DNA of 64,000 nucleotides. Source: Lytechinus pictus. Taxonomy: Eukaryota. This document shows positions 23,881 through 37,440 of the stretch, one piece after another. Within the stretch, counting starts at the first letter, position 1; each line of letters begins with the position of its first letter. Under the pieces are notes generated by a model, which saw only the letters and a list, made by a program, of their open reading frames with translations, made no database searches and had not been told where the DNA came from. Position numbers and translations under genes: made by a program. The stretch is from contig NC_087251.1 of the NCBI RefSeq assembly GCF_037042905.1, positions 13,828,001 to 13,892,000 on the forward strand, in the 5' to 3' direction.

Positions 23881-26183
23881 TATCCTGTGGTGATAAATAG
23901 TATCACAGGACAGTATGACAGGACAGTACTTTAGGAATTCCGCAGACCAGTATCACAGGAAAGTACTACAGAACAGTACTACAGGACAGTACTGCAGGAA
24001 TACCAAGAGACCTTACCCCAGGACAATTCCTGCAGTACTGTCCTGTGGTATTCCTGTGATACTGATCTTTGATATCTTCTGTGGCATTATTGGTCTCATC
24101 CTGCAGCCTTCTTGTGATACTTTACTGTGGTAATCCTGCAGGGGTATTCTTGTTGATTTCCTGTGACAATCCTATGGTATTGTCCTGTAGTAGTCTGTGC
24201 GATTTTCTCACGACACCGTCCTGCACTGGTTTGTTAGGCGTAGTAGTTTGTAAGAATTTCCTGTGATCCAGCACAACAACTTTGACATCTTGACTAATGA
24301 AAAGAGGCGTGAAAAAACCCACAAATTTGCAAAGACGTTAAAAGCATATTCACATACCTTTATTATGTATGAGCTGTACTATGCACAGTATAGAACATCT
24401 TTGATATCATAAATGACTGCTAGAATAATGCAGTAACATTTCATCTTTAGGATAAGACATGTACAAAGATTTATATCCATGAACATTGAGATGCCACATG
24501 AACTACTTTCACTATTCATACATTGCTGCCATTTTGAGATCACATAAAGAAAGCTAGATTCGACCCAGAATCCTTCCCTCTAACACAACAATAAGCGATT
24601 ATTATTAATACCTTGGTCACATTCCTTGACCGGTTGCCTTACGGCGAGACAAAATCAGCAGTTTTAGGTATTCCTGTACAAACCACCCACGTGTAGCTGG
24701 TAGTAGCTGGTACAAGGATGATTAAGACTGTTAATTTTGACTCGACGTAAGGCCATGAGCCGGCGAATGTAACCAAGGCTTAACCAGTATTATGGTTGCA
24801 AAAAAAACTGTAATAGCTGAGCAATTGCATTTTCCCCTTCTTGTCAACACCCGATTGGCTTAATACTAAAAGCAGAACATCCTTTACTCAACCATGTTAT
24901 GAAACAATGGATAACCACTTCTGCATGTACAGATAATGCATGGTGCACATACAGTAAGGGATGAAATTATGATGTGTTGATCACCAGTATAAACTTAAAG
25001 TACATGAACGTAATCATAATCACTTCATTTTGCTCAGAATTCACTTAAGTCCATAAATACTGAAAGATATTTTTGAATGAATTTCACATGATTTAGAACG
25101 TTCACCATAGGTTAGAAAAAATATTTACATAAGATTACTTTGCCAAAACGTAGATCAAATCTATTGAGACATTAACCTTTTTGACATTGAATAGGCATAT
25201 CATTTTACACAGTCTTCTTGTCTAAGAATTGCTCCAACTACGTATTGAAGGGTTATATATGAATGTAAGCATGAGCCCATCATAAACACGAAATTGCGGC
25301 ATGTAATTTGATTTGCTACATGTCATAATTGATAACTAAATGACGTTCAATACTTGATGTTGCTACATAAAATAATTAAGGTCATGTGGCAATGTGAATT
25401 CATACCTACTCGAGTCATTTAGTAATTTCAATTAGTATATGACCTAATTAATTATGACATATAGCTCAAAATTGACTTGAATAATTATGACCAATTTGAT
25501 TGACCTCAATTATTTGAAGTAGCAACATCAATTATTTAACATAAGCACTCTCAATCGAGGTGGAGTAACTCTTCTTTAGGTCATGTTACTATTCGAATTG
25601 GAACATGTCATTGTTTAGGTCATGCAGCAATTCAAATTACTTGCTCAAGTAAACAATTACAATTGTAATATCACGCAAAATGAATTAGCTGTACATGACA
25701 TAATTCTGTTCTTTGATGGTCTTATGCTTCCATATATTAAGTAAATGGCTTTAATTCTTAATGATTATCCAAAAATTCATATACATAAAATAAACCAATA
25801 TGAAGAGCATCATATCCAAAGTGATCACCAGTTCACCCAATGTTACAGTACACAAATAAAAAGCTGATTTTCTTATGTACTTTCACACATGTTATACATG
25901 TGCACTGTATGTCACTTGACCCTGGCAGACAATAGAATTGACAAGCAGTGAGTCCTACATGTACATGTAGCTGCCTGGTTTGCATACTTTAATGTTATAT
26001 GAATTTCAATCATGGCCATGTGCTGTTTATACACTAACTGGAGGGATCTTGTCATAATGTTATGTCAATTAAAAACTGAATAAAATCCCAATTATCCTGA
26101 ATAGCTAGACTAGCCCCCTTGCAATGGACATTGTAATCTTGTTTTCTTTTACCTTTCATTATTTTTGAAAATTTTCATACAAC

Positions 26184-27110
26184 TAGGGCTGGGACTAAAA
26201 CCCGGGTACCCGAGTAGAAAAATCAATACCCGATACCCGAAAATTGCTCACCAGTATAATGTACATGTATTTGATTTGTATTGCGTAGTGTAAGACATGA
26301 TTGTAACTCATTACAAAAGTACACAAGCCTCATTTTGAATTTCACCAATTACCCTCTAAATATCCATAAATATACAAGTTTTCAAGTGATGATGATGTGA
26401 CCGAGATCGTTCAATCATCGCCATGTTTCTTTTGCAGCGCAGTGACGTCATCCAGCCACTGCGACGCAAACCAATTTATGAATGAAAATATAGTAAGCAT
26501 GCGCATTGCAAGCCTCAGCCCCACGCAGTATTACGTCAAAACAAGTCTGCAATACTCTGTCACCTCATACCAAAATCGACCTACGAAGCACCAGCCAATC
26601 ACGTTCTTGTTACCATTTTTAGTTCATCATAAACCGAAAATGGGAACACGATCGTGATTGGCTGGCGCATTTGACGCTCCGAAACCCGGAAATCAATTGA
26701 CTTTGTTCACGTAGCGATACAAACTCACGAACACGATGTAATATCGATGCTACTTCGTAAGATTTTGACGGAAAAGCAAGAATAAAAATTTGCTTACCTG
26801 TGCAGTATCGGTGAGAAAACCTTTTATAATTCATATGATATATAGGAAAGTGGAATTCTAGGTCGATTTTGGTACGAGGTGACAGAGTATTGAAACTTGT
26901 TTCGATGGAATACTGCGTGGGGCACGGGAGGCTTGCAATGCGCATGCTTACTATATTTTCATTCATAAATTGGCTTGCATCGCATTGGCTTGATGACGTC
27001 ACCTATGGGGTGTTTCCACCAGTCATATTTCAAGTGACATGATTTTCAGGTACCCACCCGAAAATTACCACGGGTACCCGAAGAGAAAAAACCCGAAAGT
27101 CCCAGGCCTA
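26184..27110. mobile_element. hAT-type MITE with 8-bp TSD, containing a nested fold-back
   Basis: TIRs TAGGGCTGGGACT / AGTCCCAGGCCTA; TSD CATACAAC (26176-83, 27111-18); GGGTACCCG subterminal motifs. Confidence 0.9.
26442..27002. mobile_element. Fold-back element with ~140-bp inverted arms
   Basis: GTGACGTCATC..AATTTATGAATGAAAATATAGTAAGCATGCGCATTGCAAGCCTC..AAAATCGACCTA mirrored at 26859-27002; inner IR CCAGCCAATCACG / CGTGATTGGCTGG. Confidence 0.85.
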
Positions 27111-27367
27111 CATACAACTCTTTGGTTTTTTTAATACTTTATCAAAGCTTTTATGATTATAAATGTAATTAAATAATTTGACTTGATAAATGTATATTAC
27201 TGGTATACTAATTGTGAATTTTTAGCAAGAAACAGTATTTGTGTTGGATTAATACATAAAAATGTTGCGAAATTTCGGAACAGCGTACCCAGGCATCACA
27301 AATTTGGTCTCAAAAGATGTGCAAGACTTGAAAGTAAAAAGGCAGCTAACAGCCTCCCAGTTATTAA

Positions 27368-27830
27368 CCCTTAGTTAAATTGGACCAATTTGACCCCCCC
27401 CCCCTTCCAGAAATTTTGCGACCATGCTGCCGCACAATTTTTTTAAAACATGCCTCTTTCTAGTCTTGTGCATCTTTTGAGACCAATCTTGTGTCACCCG
27501 GTACGTGGTTCTGTAATAACGTGACATTATGTAAGTACATGTCATACCAAAAATTGCTCAAAAACGTGATTTTGTGTACAAAGTCAATGCAATAGAGGAA
27601 AAAGTATGATTTTGTATTCTAATTACGCATAAATTAGTATTATCACTTACTAACAATTTGCGTGAAATAATTTACAATTTAATTTTGTAAATTATGCCCT
27701 AGACAACCCATGTGCCAATGTTAGACGCGATTGTGCGGTCAAGATCTCAAGGAAGGGGGGGGGGGGCCCTGGAAACCCCCCCTCCCCCCTTCCCCGGCCA
27801 TATCAACTCCCAAAATACCCTGGCTTTAGT
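27368..27830. mobile_element. piggyBac-like non-autonomous element (same family as 3902-4557)
   Basis: TTAA-CCCT left end; shared internal block AGTCTTG.GCA.CTTTT.AGACCAA..CCAAAAATTGCT.AAAA..GTGATTT; right end degenerate. Confidence 0.55.
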
Positions 27831-28570
27831 TGACTTTCTGGCTCCTCTTGAGTAGTCACCATTCATTGGACAGCTTGTTTTTATCCAAGTCTGTATAGCA
27901 CGAGGCAGCTTAATCTGTAGAAAAAAAAACACATACCATTACGATAACATGAACAACATAAAAATACAAGAAATAAGGTGTTTTGCCCCCATCTAGATCT
28001 CTTTTCACAAGTACATATCTATCGGATAATGAGGTCCTTGCGGCTATCTCTCTTAGCATATTCTTGCTTATAAAAGCAAACTAAGCCGAAGAGTGACAAA
28101 CAATTTATAATGCAAACAAATTGTCATAAGCACATATTGAAACTCTTTAATAAAACAATGAAGAATAAATCTACATCTTCTAACAAGGATTACACTGTAT
28201 GCCACTGCATGAATACAATCTGCTTAATTTTGTAATTATAATATCTACTGAAGTGAATGCCTATATAATCACCTTTTATGAACTCCAACCGTGTCTTGTA
28301 CAAGAACATGGCCTTTTCTGTGTACACCTGTAGTATCTTTCCCACATAATGCTGGACTTGCTGCTCGATCATCCAGAGATCCCTCTTTGAATCTTTAATG
28401 AAATGAAATGAATTTGAGTGACATAGTAAAATTTTATTTGCAGGTTAATACAAATACATGATGTAATAAAAATACATGATAAAACTTCTTCATTTCCATA
28501 TTTCAGTGTTACAATTCAGGTGCAAAGAGTCATATTCTTTAATAATATTCAACATAAAATCAATGAAAAC

Positions 28571-29557
28571 TAGTGCTGTTGTCGATAGGCCTCATATCGA
28601 CATTGATGTCGACATACGAAGGATTTTCAAAATTCCGACATGTCGACATGCACGCACCCACATCGACATGTAAACATAAAATAAAAAGGGGTCTAGCCTA
28701 CAATCACGAGTGTAAAGATTAGCTGAAAAGTTAGAAGCATTTATCCACAGTAATTGGCGCGATTAAAAGGTTTATTCAGCTTAGCAGCGCATTAAATGAA
28801 AAAAGAATATCTGCAAGCTGTGCGGCAGTAGAAATACGTCAGTGCAGGGCCGGCCTGCCCGATCGAGCCGCCCTCGATATCCCGTTATAGCGAGAGTAGC
28901 ATTCACCGTACCCATCCACGGAAATATGTACCCATCGCGCGCTATTCACCGTGCTTGATAATACGTTGCTCCTCAATGCATTACTTTTCACATAAACGTG
29001 AGCAGCAGCGAACACGTGTTTTTGTCAAAGTTGTGACTGCCGCAATTGAGCGCTTACTTCATATCACGAAGTCACAGAAAACTTCCCTTCATTCGTTTGG
29101 AGATCGTTGCACGGATCGCCGCGGAAGTGATACTGAAATTATCGGTCGATTTTCATTACTTTTCATTGTCAAATTGAGGAGCTTGCGTTTGCAGCAATGA
29201 TCACTGTTGTAATTGGTGATTCTCAAATTGGCTACGAGTGTTATTGAGCAATGCTTTCGAAACCGGATCCTGGTACAAAAACTTGATTCTCCAGAAAAAA
29301 AATGTGGATTAAATCGGTGATTTTGGAAGCTCAATTCCCGAACTGAGCCTGTATTATATAGATCTAGTGTGGGGATATCACTCGTGTCAAGGTGAATATA
29401 TTTGATTGAGAGTGTTGTTCCACGATCGAATGCGTTTTTTTTATGTTAGGGAGCCCAGGCTAAATTACGGTCCCTTTTTCATGTCGACATTGTCGATGTC
29501 GGGATTAATTTTTAAGCGACATGTCGACATGGATTTTTGTTCCCGACAACAGCACTA
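28571..29557. mobile_element. hAT-type non-autonomous element with 8-bp TSD
   Basis: TIRs TAGTGCTGTTGTCG / CGACAACAGCACTA; TSD ATGAAAAC (28563-70, 29558-65); subterminal GTCGACAT repeats. Confidence 0.9.
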
Positions 29558-30026
29558 ATGAAAACATTAAAAGTAGAGGAGCATTTTAACCTTACTCACA
29601 GTCTGTTATTGTCGCTAAAGTCTTTACAATAAGAAGATTGGGCACTTTGCCGACATCGCGTAATGCTTTGCATCGATTTACATGTATAATAGTCTTTGTG
29701 CCTAGTCTTTTCTATGTAGTGTCTTTAATATGTAGATAAAACATGCGTCCTTTAGCTAGTTAGACGAACAATTTTGGAAATTAAAGACGGATCCATATTT
29801 TATCAACCGGAAGAGAAATTAGTGCTTAAATGAAGCTATTTGAGGGATATTGATGATATTTAGGGTGAATTGACTTCACATCTTTTCGTAAGTTTGTCAT
29901 GTTCATAGAAGGCCGGACTTGATTTTATAGAAACCTCTTTTAAATTTGTGGGATTGCCTACCTCGAGTGAAGTTTGTGCAGGCTCCACTCCACTTCACTA
30001 TTGCTACACTACGCTCCACCTACCCA

Positions 30027-30564
30027 AACTTTGAGACCGTGAACTGGATCTGCCGATCTGATATTCCGAGTGACAAAAAGTGGGATCTTATGGGGGGGGG
30101 GGGATATCAAATTCATGCAACATCACGCTCTTTAAAAAAATTAAAACTAATATTCTTCCTGCACACAAAGTTTCAGTTCTTCTCCATGCCTCTATCCGTC
30201 TCAAAATTGATGATTTAGAGCCAACATGAAGTTTCTCACACGTATCAATATTCAATACATCGCATGCGTGTGAGGTCGGTCGGGTCAGACCAGGCCCGGT
30301 ATCTCGCGAATATTGCATCCGCATGCAATGTTTTGAAATCGGCAGCGAATTATAAATATGTGTGAGGAACTTCATGTTGGCTCTAAATCACCAATTTTGA
30401 GACTGATAAAAGCATGGAACTAAATGAAACTTTGTGTAAAGTAAGAATATTAGTTTTAATTCTTTTTAAAAATCAAGATGTTGCATGAATTTTATATTCC
30501 CCACCCCCATAAAATCCCACCTCTGTCACTCAGAATATCAGATCGAGTTCATGGTCTCGAAGTT
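30027..30564. mobile_element. Fold-back element (~230-bp arms)
   Basis: Arms complementary throughout, e.g. GTCTCAAAATTGATGATTTAGAGCCAACATGAAGTT / AACTTCATGTTGGCTCTAAATCACCAATTTTGAGAC. Confidence 0.85.
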
Positions 30565-30683
30565 CGCGTCTGTAACGTTGCATTACGTCAAACCCCCGTT
30601 TGGAGAAAGACCGCAGTTCAGATTGCAAACTGCGGTTCTATACCCCATTTTGCGTTTGTAAATCCCAAAATCATTTCCAAGCC

Positions 30684-30849
30684 CAGGGGGCCGTTTCATA
30701 AAGCTGCTCGTTAGTTAAGAGCGACTTTAAGAACGACTGGTGATCCTTTCTCGCGCGCTAGATCTTCGCCAATGGTGTGTACCATTTACCGCAAGACAGG
30801 ATCACCAATCGCTCTTTATTTACGAACAGCTTTATGAAACACCCGCCTG
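30684..30849. mobile_element. Short PIF/Harbinger-like MITE
   Basis: TIRs CAGG..GTTTCATAAAGCTG / CAGCTTTATGAAAC..CCTG; related degenerate copies at ~935-1081 and ~47916-48036. Confidence 0.65.
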
Positions 30850-32994
30850 ATCAATCCCGCTAGGCCAGGTAATCCCCGCTGTCTCAATTTTACCTCCACA
30901 GGCCAGATTATGAGCGTTGAGCCAAGGACGAAATGATAAACAACAGCTGTGCTATTACGTAAGACTTCTCTGCCTGTAGTAGGACCTTCGGAATGAAATT
31001 ATTGTATTCGATATTTAATCACGTTTTCAAATGCATATTGTATTCAGAAATCCAATGTTAGTCCATTTTCAAGTTCGAACGAAGAAAATCGACCTCGAAA
31101 TAAGGAAAGTAAGTGAATTTAAATGACGGCATGCTTTGCTCGGGCTGTTGTGTTATCTTCGGACCGAGGTCAAGAAACAGGTGTTTTGATACTTAAATTG
31201 CTTGCTTGGGGCAGTTATGGTTTGTCGTACTTGGAGAAGAGAATTGATTGAGGGAAACTGGGGTATAGTGTTTTCAAATGAAAGGTTTTCGTCATGGGCG
31301 AAGAACAATAGAAAACAAGATGGCGGCGTAAACATCGGGCAAGTCTCTTCCGTCTAATCATGATATTTTTCGCATTTTTTGGAATGAATTTCTTCTTCAA
31401 AAATAACGACGAGAGCGTAGAAATGTTGGAAATTAAGTTTTATCCCATGTACATGATTTAGGTCTAACGTTTTGTCGTTAGGCTAGATCTTTTAGAAGGA
31501 AAGTAGAAATCTCGGGGCCGGGGGTGAAAGTTTCAAGTTTTGGCTTCCTCTGTGTGGGTATATGAGAAAGGATCCCTGGCTTCATATGAGAGTGACCTTA
31601 CGAAGTTACGTTAGTAAATGATTTTCACTCTCTAGAAGCCGCCTGGCTAGGCCTACAGCCATTCCCGATCACGATATTTTGAAAAGTGGTGGATATATTG
31701 ACTTCAAATGTGACTGAGAGACTTGTCATGACATTTGGGAACAAATATTGGTGATGAGGTATGCTGGTATTAATCGGCCGGTGCGAAACTGCATTAGCGC
31801 CCACCCCTGACCTGGCTACAATCATGACAATACAAACATCCTCACCGCCGCCATCAATATACTACTAACTTAGCCAGCCGTTGGCCGTCCCCGGCCGCGC
31901 ACACCGCAGATCAGCCCCCACCCGATAAGCGATCGGGAACAACGGCAGTGCAGTGGCCGTACGGTAATGATTAAAAAGTCGAAGAAATTTAAGTGCATGC
32001 CGCGCCAAACTACGAAAAATTGATCTAACTTACTGTTTAGCCTGTTGTGTGAATGTCTTAAGAAGTCGTTGTCCGAATCTGATCCATATTCTGTTAGTTT
32101 TTGTTGAAATATTGACGGCCTTCTTCATCAAGCTTCGGGTTCAGCTGAGCAGTTACGAACGTTTTTTTTCAAATGGCGGAACCGGAAACACGTATACGGT
32201 ACAGTCCGTGCGTTTGTACGGGGAGCTCGGAGGGGGGGGGGGGGGTCTTACTTTTTACTTGGCAACCAGACAATTTGACTATTTTCGCCATCATTTATAT
32301 ATCATATTATTAACGTAAAGGAATTGAATAAAGTAAAATTCAAATATTTATTTCTTCTTCCTTTCTTTTCTATGTCTTTTAATTTTTTTCTTTCTCTTTA
32401 TTCTTTTTTTTAATATAAGGATCGATAGGATTTAAAAACATGTCTCACAATTTTACAGAAAATACTAGTATGCAAGTAGGATGACAAAGAAAGCAATGAG
32501 GAAAATCACAGCTCCAATCCTATGTATTTTTAATTTTATTTCTTTTCAAAAACACACATTTTATCCTTTCTTGCGATCGAAGGAAAGATCCCTTTATAAG
32601 GTTCAAGTAGTAAAAGAAAATTAAATAGATCAAGTGCCGGCAGGGTATTTTGATAAGGGGTGGAGGAGCAAGACAAGCAAATATAAAGATACCATTTTGA
32701 AGCGAAACATAAGAAAAGATAATAACTTTGCCAACGAGGTAAAAAATAATATGATATCGGTTGTGACACTTTAAGGATGGAAAATAGTTTGAAAATATAT
32801 AGATACAAACTTCATACAAATTAGAAAAAAAGAAGCAAAATAAACTGCCATCATATGTGAACAGAGATACAAGATTGTTCTTGCAATTAAAAAACATATT
32901 TACAAACTATATATAGCTTCGCATCATAAAAATAGATTGAAAATATCCAAATTTATTTGATTTAAAAAGAAATAGATATAAACCAGCCTGGCTA

Positions 32995-34775
32995 CCCAGG
33001 ACCAAAATCCAGTTAAAACCAATTAGGGCAAAACCAATTGAAACCAGTTGGCCAACTGGTTTCAATAGGGAAATTGGAACAACTGGTTCCAATTGAAAAC
33101 CAGTTGCCAATTGGTTCCAGTTAAAACCAATTGGTTCCAATTGAAAACCAGTTGCCAATTGGTTCCAGTTAAAACCAATTGGGCAACTAGAACCAGTTGG
33201 CAATTGGTTCCAGTTGTTCCAATTTCCCTATTAAAACCAATTGAATCCAATTGGAGGCAACTGGTTTCAATTGGTTCCAGTTGAAACCAATTGGAGGCAA
33301 CTGGTTTCAACTGGAACCAGTTGAAACCAATTGGTTTCCAACTGGATCCAATTGGAACTTCCAGTTGGAATGAACTTAATTAGTTACAAATTAATTAGCA
33401 TTTGCACTAACTATTGCTCATGCCAACACAGAAGCAGTGTTTTTATGTCTATTAATACCAATGTAAAGGGCATTGATTAAATACAGACTTTCATATGTAT
33501 ATATTTATATGGAAGATCTTCAAATATATGTATTTTTATTTGATGTAATTTGGTAACAGTTAGTGGTGTACTAATTATCCTTTAATCTGTTTTAATTATA
33601 ATCTATAACATTTATGAACATGGTTTTCACTGCTAAGTATTCTAAATACTTATCTTTAAAAAGTGTGGTACTTGAAATTGAAAAGAATTAAATAGATACA
33701 TTGTTAATGATGATGAATCTCATAAAACATTAATCTGTGCACACTGGCAGATAATATGCAAATTAACTGGTTTCAATTGGATCCAGTTGGGTAACTGGAA
33801 AATTTCCAATTGGAAACCAATTGGAAATAATTTCCAGTTACCCAACTGGTTCCAGTTTTATTTCCAGTTACCCAACTGGTTCCAATTAGAATTCATTTCC
33901 AGTTACCCATCTTTCCAGTTAGAAGTCACCCAATTGGTACCAGTTAGGATTTCCAGTTACACAACTGCATGGTTCAAGTTGGAAATCATTTCCAGTTGGA
34001 AGTCATTTCCAGTTACCCAACTGGTTCCAGTTAGGATTTACAGTTGCCCAACTGGTTCCAGTTGGGATTTCCAGTTAGAAATAATTTCCAGTTGGAAGTC
34101 ATGTCCAGTTACCCAACTGGTTCCAGTTAGGATTTCCAGTTGCCCAACTGGTTCCAGTTGGGATTTCCAGTTAGAAATCATTTCCAGTTGGAAGTCATTT
34201 CCAGTTACCCAACTGGTTCCAGTTAGGATTTCCAGTTGCCCAACTGGTTCCAGTTGGGATTTCCAGTTAGAAATCATTTCCAGTTGGAAGTCATTTCCAG
34301 TTACCCAACTGGTTCCAGTTAGGATTTCCAGTTGCCCAACTGGTTCCAGTTGGGATTTCCAGTTAGAAATCATTTCCAGTTGGAAGTCATTTCCAGTTAC
34401 CCAACTGGTTCCAGTTAGGATTTCCAGTTGCCCAACTGGTTCCAGTTGGGATTTCCAGTTAGAAATCATTTCCAGTTGGAAGTCATTTCCAGTTACCCAA
34501 CTGGTTCCAGTTAGGATTTCCAGTTGCCCAACTGGTTCCAGTTGGGATTTCCAGTATGCAACTGGTTCCAGTTAGAAATCATTTCCAATTGGAAGTCATT
34601 TCCAGTTACCCAACTGGTTCCAGTTAGGATTTCCAGTTGCCCAACTGGTTTCAATTGGTTTCAACTGGAAATTGTTAAATTCCAGTTGAAACCAATTGAA
34701 ACCAGTTGAAACCAATTGAAACCAATTGAAACCAGTTGGAAATCCAACTGGTTTCAATTGGATTTTGGTCCTGGG
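32995..34775. mobile_element. EnSpm-type non-autonomous element, copy 1, with 96-bp internal tandem array
   Basis: TIRs CCCAGGACCAAAATCCA / TGGATTTTGGTCCTGGG; TA on both flanks; CCAGTT/AACTGG-rich arrays; GAAGTCAT recurs every 96 bp (34095, 34191, 34287, 34383, 34479). Confidence 0.9.
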
Positions 34776-36779
34776 TAACATATTGCAAGGTGGCAAAGAT
34801 ATAAACCGGGGATATAAAGCAAAAAATAGGCCTTAAAATGGAAATTAAATATCCTATTTTTAGTTTATCCTATTCCAACTGTAAAAAATATTGTGAATAG
34901 GAGAACAAATATTGAAGTAATTTTATTTATAATAATATATTTGTAAGAAAATAGGTCCTTTTTACTAAAAAAAAAAAAATAAAAAAATAGATGGGAAACT
35001 TGGAAAAATGTATTTTCTCGCAATAAAAACTTTAAGGGGCCAGAATCGCATTAAAACTTGGTTATGAAACGTGTAAAACAAAATCTTAGATAGCATTTTA
35101 ACTGAGATTTATTTTTTAATCAACATTCAACGCTGAACTTTCTTATGTTAATTGTTTATCAATATTTTGTGAAAACAGATAGTGTGCACATCGTCATGAA
35201 TATTCATTTGGTGGGCTGATGATGTGACATTCCCATTTTTCTTTTTTAATGTTAGATATGAAATTATGATTATCTATTTTTTCAATACATGTGTAAATAA
35301 TGTGTCCCCATTGTAAAGTTGCTGCATTAAATAACTAATGCGGTTAATTAGTCGTCATTCCAATTGTTTAAGTTCTTGGTAGAAATATGTTGAATAAATC
35401 TAATTTCATATATTGTACAAAAGAACATGGGATATGACATCATCAGCCCACCTAATGAATATTCATGAGACATGCCTAAATAAAACTGTTTCATGGGAAT
35501 ATTGCAAATCCTTAAAATTCAACTTAACTTCGTTATTTGTCATCCGATTTTGAATAAATTTTAAGCATTTTGTTTTGTGAATTTTACTCTATTTATTGAT
35601 TATCTCTAGCGTTGACCTCCCCTTCAATTATTTTCTTGTATTGTTAGAAAGAGATGGATGAAGTAGAATAATACGTTCATGCTTATATTTTTATTCATTA
35701 CAATATCTCTTTGAAATTCAACCCGGCTTCCTCACAACCATTAAGCTCTAAGAGTGTTAGGTGTGTCCTGTATATTTCAACACGTACCCTTTTAAATATA
35801 GTCATTTTTTTATTATTCATCCTGTTTTTTATGAAAAATAAGTGGCGAACAAACAAAACAAAAATGATAATTGAAATTTAAAAGAGCGCATGAAAAAGAA
35901 ATAACCCTGAAAACGAACAATAGTCCTCAAAATATAAGTTGCCCATTTTGGGGTCGATAATTTTTCGCATTTTTCAGTTCGCGCTTTGCTCCTAGTTTTG
36001 ATCTAGTACGTATAGTACCCTTTCTCGTAGAAATAGAAGCTATCAAACTTAAAACCTCTGAGTCTCAGTAGGCATAACCCCCCCCCCCTCGCTGATATAG
36101 ACCTACACAATGGGACAGGGTGAAATATAATTTTGAAATAGGGCCTATATGTCACAATCTAGCTATCACAAAATTAAATTTTCATATAAAAAATTGTACT
36201 TTTTAAAATGAATGGTGCCCTTTTAAGCCATATGGCCTTCTAAAAATATAAGACTCAATACGCTACTGACCTCTCCCGAAACTGAAAAAAAAGATAAATC
36301 CCTCACTGGAAATAAAAAAATTAGTCTGTGGTACAAACAGGGCTTCCATACAAGTACTGAAGGAAACTAATTTTTTCATGTACTGTACCACAGAAAATAC
36401 ACCAGTAGCGTCTGTGATACAGTTTCAGTCATATTTCTGGGGTGGCTGCATGAGAAGTACCGCAGGAAATTTTGAAAGTATAGCACTGGGGTTGCCATAG
36501 AATTTTAGAAGTGCCTATATTGAGTCCTGCAGGAAATTTCAAAATTTTCATTTACCACAGAAGTATCACAGGGTTTTCATAGAAGTGTCTTTAATAGGAT
36601 CGAGTACTGCAGGAAATTTCAAAATGTTCATGTACCACAGAAGTATCACAGGGTTTCCATAGAAGTGCTTAGTAATAGGAGTACTGCAGGAAATTAAAAA
36701 AATGTTCATATACAACAGAAGTATCGCAGGGTTGTCATAGAAGTACTGCAGGATATTTTAGAATTTTCATGTACAACAG

Positions 36780-37440
36780 AAGTACGACATAACTATCACA
36801 GAGTGATATTGTATACAGTTATGTACAACAGAAGTATTACACAGGTACGACAGAGTACCATTAAGGTATTGCATGAAATTTTCATATTTTTATGTACCAC
36901 AGAAGTAGAACTATCACAGAGTGATACCACAGGAGTCCTGTAGTAATTCCTTATACAGTTTTGTACAACAGAAGTATCACACAGGTACGACAGAGTACCA
37001 TTAAGGTATTGCATGAAATTTTCATATTTTTATGTACCACAGAAGTATGACAGAACTATCACAGAGTGATACCACAGAAGTCCTGTTGTAATTCTATATA
37101 CAGTTTTGTACAACAGCAGTATCACACAGGTACGACAGAGTACCATTAAGGTATTGCATGAAATTTTCATATTTTCCTGTACCACAGAAGTATGACAGAA
37201 CTATCACAGAGTGATACCACAGAAGTCCTGTTGTAATTCTATATACAGTTTTGTACAACAGAAGTATCACACAGGTACGACAGAGTACCATTAAGGTATT
37301 GCAGGAAATTTTCATATTTTCCTGTACCACAGAAGTATGACAGAACTATCACAGAGTGATACCACAGAAGTCCTGTGGTAATTCTGAGGTACCGTCGTGT
37401 ATGACAGAAGTATCACACAGGTACAACAGAGTACCACTAA
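36780..37440. repeat. ~145-bp tandem repeat (~4.5 copies) in the right subterminal array
   Basis: CAGGTAC(G/A)ACAGAGTACCA at 36842, 36982, 37127, 37272, 37418. Confidence 0.9.

Noticed and set aside
23253..24322. CRISPR-like array or protein-coding ORFs in the regular repeats
   Set aside because: Units are contiguous with no unique spacers, the context is eukaryotic and there are no cas genes. They are subterminal transposon arrays; the same holds for 33000-34800, 36800-37400 and 39000-40500.
33787..34575. 262-aa repetitive ORF
   Set aside because: By-product of a 96-bp (frame-preserving) tandem unit inside a non-autonomous element; the 83-bp sister array does not keep it.
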